Source: Eledone cirrhosa
Lineage: Eukaryota
Assembly (NCBI GenBank): GCA_964016885.1
Contig: OZ024740.1
Span: forward strand, 24,056,001 to 24,120,000
Direction of reading: 5' to 3'
DNA: 64,000 nucleotides
Part shown: positions 50,401 to 63,842 of the stretch, in pieces
Layout of the letters: each line of letters starts with the position of its first letter
How positions within the stretch are numbered: position 1 is the first letter of the stretch
Notes under the pieces: model-generated
What the model was told of the DNA's origin: nothing
The model's database searches: none
What the model saw: the letters and a program-made list of their open reading frames with translations, nothing else
Position numbers and translations under genes: made by a program

Positions 50401-53400
50401 TCATCGCTGTTTTACCAATGCTGTTTTTGTTGCTGTTATTAACTATGCTGTTCTCATCGCTGTTTTACCAATGCTGTTTTTGTTGCTGTTTTACCTATGC
50501 TGTTCTTCTTACTGTTATTAACTATGTTGTTCTCATTGCTGTTTTTTTGTATGTTGTTCTCATCGCTGTTTTACATATGTTGTTCTTGTTACTGTTATTA
50601 AGTATGCTGTTTTCATTGCTGTTTTTCCTATGCTGTTTTGTTACTGTTATTAACGATGCTGTTCTCATCGCTGTTTTACCTATGCTGTTCTGGTTACTGT
50701 TATTAACTATGCTGTTCTCATTGCTGTTTTTCTTATGTTGTTGTCATCGCTGTTTTACATATGTTGTTCTTGTTACTGTTATTAACTATGCTGTTCTTGT
50801 TACTGTTATTAACTATGCTGTTCCCATTGTTGTTTTTTCCTATGCTGTTCTCACTGCTGTTTTACCTATGCTGTTCTTGCTACTGTTATTAACTATGCCG
50901 TTCCCATCGCTGTTTTACCTATGCTGTTCTGGTTACTGTTATTAACTATGCTGTTCCCATCGCTGTTTTACCTATGCTGTTCTTGTTACTGTTATTAACT
51001 ATGCTGTTCTCATCGCTGTTTTACCTATGCGGTTCTTGTTATTGTTATTATCTATGCTGTTCTCATCGCTGTTTTACCTATGCTGTTCTTGTTCTTGTTA
51101 TTATCTATGGTGTTCTCATAGCTGTTTTATCTATGCTGTTCTCATTGCTGTTTTTTCCTATTCTGTTCTCATTGCTGTTCTTGTTACTGTTATCAACTAT
51201 GCTGTTCTCATTGCTGTTTTATCGTATGTTGTTTTCATCGCTGTTTTACATATGTTGTTCTTGTTACTGTTATTAACTATGCTGTTTTCATCGCTGTTTT
51301 TCCTATGCTGTTTTGTTACTGTTATTAACTATGCTGTTCTCATCGCTGTTTTACCTATGCTGTTGTGGTTACTATTATTAACTATGCTGTTCTCATTGCT
51401 GTTTTTCTTATGTTGTTCTCAACGCTGTTTTACATATGTTGTTCTTGTTGCTGTTATTAACTATGCTGTTCTCTTCACTGTTTTACATATGTTGTTCTTG
51501 TTACTGTTATTAACAATGCTATTCTCATTGCTGTTTTTTCCTATGCTGTACTCATTGCTGTTTTATCTATACTGTTCTTGTTACTGTTATTAACTATGCT
51601 GTTCCCATCGCTGTTTTACCTATGCTGTTCTTGTTACTGATATTAACTATGCTGTTCTCATTGCTGTTTTTCCTATGCTGTTCTCATTGCTGTTTTACCT
51701 ATGCTGTTCTTGTTACTGTTATTAACTATGTTGTTCTTGTTACTGTTATTAACTATGCTGTTCTTCTTACTGTTATTAACTATGTTGTTCTTGTTACTGT
51801 TATTAACTATGCTGTTCTTGTTACTGTTATTAACTATGCTGTTCTTGTTACTGTTATTAACTATGCTATTCTTGTTACGGTTATTAACTATGCTGTTCTC
51901 ATTGTTGTTTTTTCCTATGCTGTTCTAATTGCTATTTTACCTATGCTGTTCTTGCTAGTGTTATTAACTATGCTGTTCCCATCGCTGTTTACCCTATGCT
52001 GTTCTTGTTACTGTTATCAACTATGTTGTTCCCATCGCTGTTTTAACTATGCTGTTCTTGTTACTGTTATCAAATATGTTGTTCTCATCGCTGTTTTTCC
52101 TATGCTGTTCTTGTTATTGTTATTAACTATGCTGTTCTCATCGCTGTTTTACCTATGCTGTTCTTATTATTGTTATTAACTATGCTGTTCTTGTTGCTGT
52201 TTTACCTATGCTGTTCTTGTTACTGTTATTAACTATGCTGTTCTCATTGCTGTTTTTTCGTATGTTGTTCTCATCGCTCTTTTACATATGTTGTTCTTGT
52301 TACTGTTATTAACTATGCTTTTCTCATTGTTGTTTTCCCTATGCTGTTTTGTTACTGTTATTAACTATGTTGTTCTCATCGCTGTTTTACCTATGCTGTT
52401 CTTGTTACTGTTATTAACGATGCTGTTCTCATCGCTGTTTTACCTATGCTGTTCTGGTTACTGTTATTAACTATGCTGTTCTCATTGCTGTTTTTCTTAT
52501 GTTATTGTCATCGCTGTTTTACATATTTTGTTCTTGTTACTGTTATTAACTATGCTGTTCTTGTTACTGTTATTAACTATGCTGTTCCCATTGTTGTTTT
52601 TTCCTATGCTGTTCTCATTGCTGTTTTACCTATGCTGTTCTTGTTACTGTTATTAACTATGCCGTTCCCATTCGCTGTTTTACCTATGATGTTCTTGTTA
52701 CTGTTATTAACTATGCTGTTCTCATCGCTGTTTTACCTATGCTGTTCTTGTTATTGTTATTAACTATGCTGTTCTCATCGCTGTTTTACCTATGCTGTTC
52801 TTGTTATTGTTATTAACTATAGTGTTCTCATTGCTGTTTTTTCCTATTCTGTTCTCATTGCTGTTTTACCGATGCTGTTCTTGTTACTGTTATCAACTAT
52901 GCTGTTCTCATTGCTGTTTGTTCGTATATTGTTCTCATCGCTGTTTTACATATGTTGTTCTTGTTACTGTTATTAACTATGCTGTTTTCATTGCTGTTTT
53001 TCCTATGCTGTTTTGTTACTGTTATTAACTATGCTGTTCTCATCGCTGTTTTACCTATGCTGTTCTGGTTACTGTTATTAACTATGCTGTTCTTGTTACT
53101 GTTATTAACTATGCCGTTCCCATCGCTGTTTTACCTATGTTGTTTAGATTACTGTTATTAACTATGCTGTTTTCATCGCTATTTTACCTATGCTGTTCTT
53201 GTTACTGTTATTAACTATGTTGTTCTCATTGCTGTTTTTTCCTATTCCGTTCTCATCGCTGTTTTACCTATGCTGTTCTTGTTACTGTTATTAACTATAC
53301 TGTTATCATTGCTTTTTTTTCGTATGTTGTTCTCATCGCTGTTTTACATATGTTGTTCTTGTTACTGTTATTATCTATGCTGTTCTCAATGTTGTTTTTC

Positions 53401-56400
53401 CAATGCTGTTTTGTTACTGTTATTAACTATGTTGTTGTCATCGCTGTTTTACCTATGCTGTTCTTGTTACTGTTATTAACTATGTTGTTTTCATCGCTGT
53501 TTTACATATGTTGTTCTTGTTACTGTTATTAACTATGCTGTTCGCATCGCTGTATTACATATGTTGTTCTTGCTACTGTTATTAACTATGTTGTTCTCAT
53601 TGCTGTTTTTTCCTATTCTGTTCTCATTGCAGGTTTTAGCTATGCTGTTCTGCTTACTCTTATTAACTATGCTGTTCTCATTGCTGTTTTATCTATGCTG
53701 TTCAGGTTACTGTTATTAACTATGCTTTTCTCATCGCTGTTTTACATATGCTGTTCTTGTTTCTGTTATTAACTATGATGTTCTCATTGCCGTATTACCT
53801 ATGCTGTTCTAGTTACTGTTATAACTATGCTGTTCGCATTGCCGTTTTATCTATGCTGTACTTGTTACTATTATTAAATATGCTGTCCTCATTGCTGTAT
53901 TTTCCTATGCTGTTCTCATCGCTGTTTTACTGATGGTGTTCTTGTTACTGTTATTAATTATGGTGTTCTCCTTGCTGTTTTTACCTATGCTGTTCTAGTT
54001 ACTGTTATTAACTATGCTGTTCTCATCGTTGTTTTTCCTATGTTGTTCTCATCGCTGTTTTACATACGTTGTTCTTGTTACTGTTATTAACTATGCTGTT
54101 TTCATTGCTGTTTATTCCTATTCTGTTCTCATTGCTGTTTTACCTATCCTGTTCTTGTTACTGTTAGTAGCTATGCTGTTCTCATTGCTGTTTTACCTAT
54201 CCTGTTCTTGTTACTGTTATCAACTATGCTGTGCTCATTGCTATTTTAGATATGATGTTCTGCTTATTGTTATTAACTATGCTGTTCTCATTGCTGTTTT
54301 TTCTTATGATGTAGTCATCGCTGTTTTACATATGTTGTTCTTGTTACTGTTATTAACTATGCTGCTCTCATTGCTCTTTTTTCCTATTCTGTTCTCATTG
54401 CTGTTTTAACTATGCTGTTCTTGTTACTGTTATTAACTATGTTGTTCCCATCGCTCTTTTACCTATGATGTTCAGGTTACTGTTATTAACTATGCTTTTC
54501 TCATTGCTTTTTTTACCTATTTTGTTCTCATTGCTGTTTTACCTACGCTGTTCTTTTTACTGTTATTAACTATGCTTTTCTCATCGCCTATTCTGTTCTC
54601 ATTGCTGTTTTACCTATGCTGTTCTTGTTACTGTTATTAACTATGTTGTTCCCATCGCTCTTTTACCTATGATGTTCAGGTTACTGTTATTAACTATGCT
54701 TTTCTCATTGCTGTTTTTACCTATGCTGTTCTCATTGCTGTTTTACCTACGCTGTTCTTTTTACTGTTATTAACTAGGCTGTTCTCATCGCTGTATTACA
54801 TATGGTGTTATTTTTACTTTTATTAACTATGCTGTTCTTATTGCTGTTTTTTCCTGTGTTGTTCTCATCGCCGTTTTACCTATGCTGTTCTTGTTACTAT
54901 TATTAACTATGCTGTTCTCATTGCTGTTTTTACCTATGCTGTTCTTGCTACTGTTCTTAACTATCCTGTTCTCATTGGTTTTTTTACCTATGCTGTTCTA
55001 GTTAATGTTATTAATTATGCTGTTCTCATCGCTGTTTTTCCTATGTTGTTCTAATCGCTTTTTTACATACGTTGTTCTTATTACTGTTATTAACTATGCT
55101 GTTTTCATTGCTGTTTTTTCCTATGCTGTTCTCATTGCTGTTTTACCTATCCTGTTCTTGTTACTGTTAGTAGCTATGTTGTTCTCATTGCTGTTTTACC
55201 TATGCTGTTCTTGTTACTGTTATCAACTATGCTGTGCTCATTGCTATTTTAGATATGATGTTCTGCTTATTGTTATTAACTATGCTGTTCTCATCGCTGT
55301 TTTACATATGTTGTTCTTGTTACTGTTATTAACTATGCTGCTCTCATTGCTGTTTTTTCCTATTCTGTTCTCATTGCTGTTTTACCTATTCTGTTCTTGT
55401 TAGTGGTATTAACTATGCTGTTCCCATCACTGTTTTACCTATGATGTTCAGGTTAGTGTTATTAACTATGCTGTTCTCATTGCTGTTTTTTCCTGCGCTG
55501 TTCTCATCGCCGTTTTACGTATGCTGTTCTTGTTACTATTATTAACTATGCTGTTCTCATTGCTTTTTTTACCTATGCAGTTCTTGCTACTGTTATTAAC
55601 TATGCTGCTCTCATCGCTGTTTTACCTATGCTGTTCTAGTTACTGTTATTAACTATGCTGTTCTCACCACTGTTTTTCCTATGTTGTTCTCATCGCTGAG
55701 TTACATACGTTGTTCTTGTTACTGTTATTAACTATGCTGTTTTCATTGCTGTTTTTTCCTATGCTGTTCTCATTGCTGTTTTACCTATCCTGTTGTTGTT
55801 ACTGTTAGTAGCTATGCTGTTCTCATTGCTGTTTTTTTCCTATTCTGTTCTCATTGCTGTTTTACCTATGCTGTTCTTGTTACTGTTATTAACTATGCCG
55901 TTCCAATCGCTGTTTTACCTATGTTGTTCAGGTTACTGTTATTAACTATGCTGTTCTCATCGCTATTTTACCTATGCTGTTCTTGTTACTGTTATTAACT
56001 ATGCTGTTCTCATCGCTGTTTTACATACGTTGTTCTTGTTACTGTTATTAACTAAGCTGTTTTCATTGCTATTTTTTCATATGCTGTTCTCATTGCTGTT
56101 TTACCTATCCTGTTCTTGTTACTGTTAGTAGCTATGCTGTTCTTATTGCTGTTTTTTCCTATGCTGTTCTCATTGCTGTTTTACCTATGCTGTTCTTGTT
56201 ACTGTTATTAACTATGCCATTCCCATCGCTGTTTTACCTATGCTGTTCAGGTTACTGTTATTAACTATGCTGTTCTCATCGCTGTTTTACCTATGCTGTT
56301 CTTGTTACTGTTATTAACTATGCTGTTCTCATTGCCATATTACCTATGCTGTTCTAGTTACTGTTATTAACTATGCTGTTCTCATTGCCGTTTTACCTAT

Positions 56401-57119
56401 GCTGTTCTTGTTACTATTATTAACTATGCTGTTCTCATCGCTGTTTTACTCATGGTGTTCTTGTTACTGTTATTAATTATGGTGTTCTCATCGCTGTTTT
56501 TACCTATGCTGTTCTAGTTAATGTTAGTAGCTATGCTGTTCTCATTGCTGTTTTTTCCTCTGCTGTTCTCATTGCTGTTTTACCTATGCTGTTCTTGTTA
56601 CTGTTATCAAATATGTTGTTCTTATTGCAGGTTTTAGCTATGCTGTTCTGCTTACTGTTATTAACTATGCTGTTCTCATTGCTGTTTTACCTATGCTGTT
56701 CTTGTTACTGTTATTAACTATGCTGTTCTCATTGCCGTTTTACCTATGCTGTTCTATTTACTGTTATTAACTATGCTGTTCTCATTGCCATTTTACCTAT
56801 GCTGTTCTTGTTACTGTTATTAACTATGCTGTTCTCATCGCTGTTTACATACGTTGTTCTTGTTACTGTAATTAACTATGCCGTTCCCATCGCTGTTTTA
56901 CCTATGCTGTTCAGGTTACAGTTATTAACTATGCTGTTCTCATCGCTGTTTTACCTATGCTGTTCTTGTTACTGTTATCAACTATGTTGTTCTTATTGCA
57001 GATTTTACCTATGCTGTTCTGCTTACTGTTATTAACTATGCTGTTCTCATTGCCGTTTTACCTATGCTGTTCTTGTTACTGTTATTAACTATGCTGTTCT
57101 CATTGCTGTATTTTCCTAT

Positions 57120-60100
57120 GCTGTTCTCGTCGCTGTGTTACATCTGTTGTTCTTGTTACTGTTATTAATTATGGTGTTCTCATTGCTGTTTTTACCTATG
57201 CTGGTCTCATTGCTGTTTTACCTACGCTGTTCTTTTTACTGTTATTAACTATGCTGTTCTTATTGCTGTTTTTTCCTGTTCTGTTCTCGTCGCCGTTTTA
57301 CCTATGCTGTTCTTGTTGCTATTTTTAACTATGCTGTTCTCATTGCTGTTTTTACCTATGCTGTTCTAGTTAATGTTATTAACTATGCTGTTCTCATCGC
57401 TGTTTACATACGTTGTTCTTGTTACTGTTATTAACTATGCTGTTTTCATTGCTGTTTTTTTCCTATGCTGTTCTCATTGCTGTTTTACCTATGCTGTTCT
57501 TGTTACTGTTATTAACTATGCCGTTCCCATCGCTGTTTTACCTATGCTGTTCAGGTTACTGTTATTAACTATGCTGTTCTCATCGCTGTTTTACCTATGC
57601 TGTTCTTGTTACTGTTATTAACTATGCTGTTCTCATTATTGTTTTACATACGTTGTTCATGTTACTGTTATTAACTATGCTGTTTTCATTGCTGTTTTAT
57701 ACTATGCTGTTCTCATTGTTGTTTTACCTATCCTGTTCTTGTTACTGTTATTAGCTATGCTGTTCTCATTGATGTTTTTCCTATGCTGTTCTCATTGCTG
57801 TTTCACCTATGCTGTTCTTGTTACTGTTATTAACTATGCCGTTCCCATCGCTGTTTTACCTATGCTGTTCAGGTTACTGTTATTAACTATGCTGTTGTCA
57901 TCGCTGTTTTTCCTATGCTGTTCTTGTTACTGTTATCAACTATATTGTTCTTATTGCAGGTTTTACCTATGCTGTTCAGGTTACTGTTATTAACTATGCT
58001 GTTCTCATCGCTGTTTTACCTATGCTGTTCTTGTTACTTTTATCAACTATGTTATTCTTATTGGAGGTTTTACCTATGCTGTTCTGTTTACTGTTATTAA
58101 CTATGCTGTTCTCATGTTGTTTTACCTATGCTGTTCTTGTTACTGATATTAACTATGCTGTTCTTGTTACTATTATTAACTATGCTCTTCTCATTGCTGT
58201 ATTTTTCTATGCTGTTCTCATCGCTGTTTTACTCATGGTGTTCTTGTTACTGTTATTAATTATGGTGTTCTCATTGCTGTTTTTACCTATGCTGTTCTAG
58301 TTACTGTTATTAACTGTGCTGTTCTCATCGCTGTTTTCCTATGTTGTTCTCATCGCTGTTTTACGCACGTTGTTCTTGTTACTGTTATTAACTATGCTGT
58401 TTTCATTGCTGTTTTTTCCTATGCTGTTCTCATTGCTGTTTTACCTATCCTGTTCTTTTTACTGTTAGTAGCTATGCTGTTCTCATTGCTGTTTTACCTA
58501 TGCTGTTCTTGTTACTGTTATTAACTATGCCGTTCCCATCGCTGTTTTACCTTTGCTGTTCAGGTTACTGTTATTAACTATGCTGTTCTCATCGCTGTTT
58601 TACCTATGCTGCTCTTGTTACTGTTATCAACTATGTTGTTCTTATTGCAGGTTTTACCTATGCTGTTCTGCTTACTGTTATTAACTATGCTGTTCTCATG
58701 CTGTTTTACCTATGCTGTTCTTGTTACTATTATTAACTATGCTGTTCTCATTGATGTATTTTTCTATGCTGTTCACATCGCTGTTTTACTCATGGCGTTC
58801 TTGTTACTGTTATTAATTATGGTGTTCTCATCGCTGTTTTTACCTATGCTGTTCTAGTTAATGTTAGTATCTATGCTGTTCTCATTGCTGTTTTTTCCTC
58901 TGCTGTTCTCATTGCTGTTTTACCTATGCTGTTCTTGTTACTGTTACTAACTATGCTGTTCCCATCTCTGTGTTACCTATGCTGTTCTTGTTACTGTTAT
59001 CAAATATGTTGTTCTTATTGCAGGTTTTAGCTATGCTGTTCTGCTTACTGTTATTAACTATGCTGTTCTCATTGCTGTTTTACCTTTGCTGTTCTTGTTA
59101 CTGTTATTAACTATGCTGTTCTTATTGCCGTTTTACCTATGCTGTTCTATTTACTGTTATTAACTATGCTGTTCTCATTGCCACTTTACCTATGCTGTTC
59201 TTGTTACTGTTATTAACCATGCTGTTCTCATCGCTGTTTACATACGTTGTTCTTGTTACTGTTATTAACTATGCTGTTTTCATTGCTTTTTTAACTATCC
59301 TGTTCTTGTTACTGTTAGTAGCTATGCTGTTCTCATTGCTGTTTTTTCCTATGCTGTTCTCATTGCTGTTTTACCTATGCTGTTCTTGTTACTCTTATTA
59401 ACCATGCCGTTCCCATCGCTGTTTTACCTATGCTGTTCTGCTTACTGTTATTAACTATGCTGTTCTCATTGCCGTTTTACCTATGCTGTTCTTGTTACTG
59501 TTATTAACTATGCTGTTCTCATTGCTGTATTTTTCTATGCTGTTCTCGTCGCTGTGTTACATCTGTTGTTCTTGTTACTGTTATTAATTATGGTGTTCTC
59601 ATTGCTGTTTTTACCTATGCTGGTCTCATTGCTGTTATACCTACGCTGTTCTTTTTGCTGTTATTAACTATGCTGTTCTTATTGCTGTTTTTTCCTGTGC
59701 TGTTTTCGTCGCCGTTTTACCTATGCTGTTCTTGTTACTATTTTTAACTATACTGTTCTCATCGCTGTTTTACCTATGCTGTTCTAGTTAATGTTATTAA
59801 TTATGCTGTTCTCATCGCTGTTTTCCTATGTTGTTCTCATTGGTGTTTTACATACGTTGTTCTTGTTACTGTTATTAACTATGCTGTTTTCATTGCTGTT
59901 TTTTCCTATGCTGTTCTCATTGCTGTTTTACCTATCCTGTTGTTGTTACTGTTAGTAGCTATGCTGTTCTCATTGCTGTTTTTTCCTATGCTGTTCTCAT
60001 TGCTGTTTTACCTATGCTGTTCTTGTTACTGTTATTAACTATGCTGTTCTCAGTGCCGTATTACCTATGCTGTTCTAGTTACTGTTATTAACTATGCTGT

Positions 60101-61615
60101 TCTCATTGCTGTTTTACCTATGCTGTTGTTACTATTGTTAACTATGCTGTTCTCATTGCTGTATTTTTCTATGCTGTTCTCATCGCTGTTTTACTCATGG
60201 TGTTCTTGTTACTGTTATTAATTATGGTGTTCTCATCGCTGTTTTTACCTATGCTGTTCTAGTTAATGTTAGTAGCTATGCTGTTCTCATTGCTGTTTTT
60301 TCCTCTGCTGTTCTCATTGCTGTTTTACCTATGCTGTTCTTGTTACCTGTTACTAACTATGCTGTTCCCATCGCTGTGTTACCTATGCTGTTCTTATTGC
60401 AGGTTTTAGCTATGCTGTTCTGCTTAGTGTTATTAACTATGCTGTTCTCATTTATGATTTACCTATGCTGTTCTATTTACTGTTATTATCTATGCTGTTC
60501 TCAATGCCATTTTACCTATGCTGTTCTTGTTACTGTTATTAACCATGCTGTTCTCATTGTTGTATTTTCCTATGGTGTTCTCGTCGCTGTGTTACATCTG
60601 TTGTTCTTGTTACTGTTATTATGGTGTTCTCATTGCTGTTTTTACCTATGCTGGTCTCATTGCTGTTTTACCTACGCTGTTCTTTTTACTGTTATTAACT
60701 ATGCTGTTCTTATTGCTGTTTTTTCCTGTGCTGTTCTCGTCGCCGTTTTACCTATGCTGTCCTTGTTACTATTTTTAACTATGCTGTACTCATTGCCGTT
60801 TTTACCTATGCTGTTCTAGTTAATGTTATTAACTATGCTGTTCTCATCGCTGTTTACATACGTTGTTCTTGTTACTGTTATTAACTATGCTGTTTTCATT
60901 GCTGTTTTTTTCCTATGCTGTTCTCATTGCTGTTTTACCTATGCTGTTCTTGTTACTGTTATTAACTATGCCGTTCCCATCGCTGTTTTACCTATGCTGT
61001 TCAGGTTACTGTTATTAACTATGCTGTTCTCATCGCTGTTTTACCTATGCTGTTCTTGTTACTGTTATTAACTATGCTGTTCTCATTATTGTTTTACATA
61101 CGTTGTTCATGTTACTGTTATTAACTATGCTGTTTTCATTGCTGTTTTATACTATGCTGTTCTCATTGTTGTTTTACCTATCCTGTTCTTGTTACTGTTA
61201 TTAGCTATGCTGTTCTCATTGATGTTTTTCCTATGCTGTTCTCATTGCTGTTTCACCTATGCTGTTCTTGTTACTGTTATTAACTATGCCGTTCCCATCG
61301 CTGTTTTACCTATGCTGTTCAGGTTACTGTTATTAACTATGCTGTTGTCATCGCTGTTTTTCCTATGCTGTTCTTGTTACTGTTATCAACTATATTGTTC
61401 TTATTGCAGGTTTTATCTATGCTGTTCAGGTTACTGTTATTAACTATGCTGTTCTCATCGCTGTTTTACCTATGCTGTTCTTGTTACTTTTATCAACTAT
61501 GTTATTCTTATTGGAGGTTTTACCTATGCTGTTCTGTTTACTGTTATTAACTATGCTGTTCTCATGTTGTTTTACCTATGCTGTTCTTGTTACTGATATT
61601 AACTATGCTGTTCTC
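57120..61615. repeat. Non-adjacent duplication of a ~1.05-kb block (57,120-58,165 and 60,570-61,615; offset 3450)
   Basis: ctggtctcat at 57201/60651 and ttggaggttt at 58061/61511; ORFs at 57373/60823, 57739/61189 and 57915/61365. Confidence 0.9.
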
Positions 61616-63842
61616 ATTGCCGTATTACCTATGCTGTTCTTGTTACTATTATTAACTATGCTCTTCTCATTGCTGTATTTTTCTATGCTGTTCTCATCGC
61701 TGTTTTACTCATGGTGTTCTTGTTACTGTTATCAACTATATTGTTCTTATTGCAGGTTTTACCTATGCTGTTCTTGTTACTGTTACTAACTATGCTGTTC
61801 CCATCTCTGTGTTACCTATGCTGTTCTTGTTACTGTTATCAAATATGTTGTTCTTATTGCAGGTTTTAGCTATGCTGTTCTGCTTACTGTTATTAACTAT
61901 GCTGTTCTCATTGCTGTTTTTACCTATGCTGGTCTCATTGCTGTTATACCTACGCTGTTCTTTTTGCTGTTATTAACTATGCTGTTCTTATTGCTGTTTT
62001 TTCCTGTGCTGTTTTCGTCGCCGTTTTACCTATGCTGTTCTTGTTACTATTTTTAACTATGCTGTTCTCATCGCTGTGTTACCTATGCTGTTCTAGTTAA
62101 TGTTATTAATTATGCTGTTCTCATCACTGTTTTTCCTATGTTGTTCTCATCGCTGTTTTACATTCGTTGTTCTTGTTACTGTTATTAACTATGCTGTTTT
62201 CATTGCTGTTTTTTCCTATGCTGTTCTCATTGCGATTTTACCTATCCTGTTCTTGTTACTGTTAGTAGCTATGCTGTTCTCATTGCTGTTTTACCTATGC
62301 TGTTCTTGTTATCAACTATGCTGTGCTCATTGCTAATTTAGATATGATGTTCTGCTTACTGTTATTAACCATGCTGTTCTCATTGCTGTTTTACCCATGC
62401 TGTTCAGGTTACTTTTATTAACTATGCTGTTCTCATCGCTGTTTTACCTATGCTGTTCTTGTTACTGTTATTAACTATGCTGTTCTCATTGCTGTTTTTC
62501 CCATGTTGCTCTCATCGCTGTTTTACATATGTTGTTCTTGTTACTGTTATTAACTATTCTATACTCATTGCTGTTTTACCTATGCTATTTTTGTTACTGT
62601 TATTAACTATGCTGTTCCCATCGCTGTTTTACCTATGCTGTTCAGGTTACTGTTATTAACTATGCTGTTCTCATCGCTGTTTTACCTATGCTGTTCTCAT
62701 CTCTGTTTTATCTATGCTGTTCTTGTTACTGTTATTAACTATGCTGTTCTCATCGCTGTTTTACCTATGCTGTTCTGGTTACTGTTATTAACTATGCTTT
62801 TCACATCGCTGTTTTACCTATGCTGTTCTTGTTACTGCTATTAACTATGCTGTTCTCATCGCTGTTTTACATATGCTGTTCTGGTTACTGTTATTAACTG
62901 TGCGGTTCTCATTGCTGTTTTTTCCTATGCTGTTCTCATCGCTGTTTTACATACGTTGTTTTTGTTACTGTTACTAACTATGCTGCTTTCATTGCTGATT
63001 TTTTCTACGCTGTTCTCATTGCTGGTTTACCTATGCTGTTCTTGTTACTGTTATCAACTATGCTGTTCTCATTGCTATTTTAGATATGATGTACTGCTTA
63101 CTGTTATTAACTATGCTGTTCTCATTGCTGTTTTTTCGTATGTTGTATTCATCGTTGTTTTACATGTGTTGTTCTTGTTACTGTTATTAACTATGCTGTT
63201 CTTATTGCTGTTGTTTCCTATTCTGTTCTCATTGCTGTTTTACCTATGTTGTTCTTGTTACTGTTATTAACTATTCTGTTCCCATCGCTGTTTTACCTAT
63301 GCTGTTCAGGTTACTGTTATTAACTATGCTGTTCTCATCGCTCTTTTACCTATGCTGTTCAGATTACTGTTATTAACTATGCTGTTCTCATCGCTGTTTT
63401 ACCTATGCTGTTCTTGTTACTGTTATTAACTATGCTGTTCTCATCGCTGTTTTACCTATGCTGTTCTTGTTACTGTTATTAACTATGCCTTTCTCATTTC
63501 TGTTTTACCTATGCTGTTCTTGCTACTGTTATTAACTATGCTGTTCTCACCGCTCTTTTACCTATGCTCTTCTTGTTACTGTTATTAACTATGCTGTTTT
63601 ATCTATTCTGGTCTTGTTGCTTTTTTACCTATTCTGATCCTATTGCTGTTTTACCTATGTTCTTGTTGGTGTTCTTGTTGCTGTTTTTACCCATGCTGTT
63701 CTTATTGCAGTTTTATCCATGCGTTTCTCATTGCTGTTTTTACCTATGCAAATACTCATTGTTATTTTGATCTATGTTTTTCTTATTGCTGTTTTTACCT
63801 ATGCTATACTTATAGCTGTTTTTACCTATGTTGTTCTTGTTT

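Larger units (their letters stand above)
41884..63842. repeat. Array B: two-monomer satellite, a (27 bp) and b (26-27 bp), sharing the core ctatgctgttct; roughly 830 monomers by length
   Basis: Continuous irregular alternation of ctatgctgttcttgttactgttattaa and ctatgctgttctcatYgctgtttt(t)[a/t]c, including a gccgttccc subtype. The array degrades over 63,600-63,842. Confidence 0.98.

Noticed and set aside
41884-63842. CRISPR-like pattern of a constant core plus a variable segment
   Set aside because: The core is only ~12 bp, the variable parts are two recurring tails rather than unique spacers, and there are no cas genes or leader.
41884-63842. Array B as coding under a ciliate-type code (TAG=Gln, giving LITVTRTAQ)
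   Set aside because: The abundant 26-bp monomers shift the frame every few units, so no register is preserved whatever the code.
41884-63842. TGTTCT steroid-receptor half-sites and occasional TGTTTAC forkhead sites
   Set aside because: Half-sites only, without the inverted partner; these short motifs are expected in a TGT-derived repeat.
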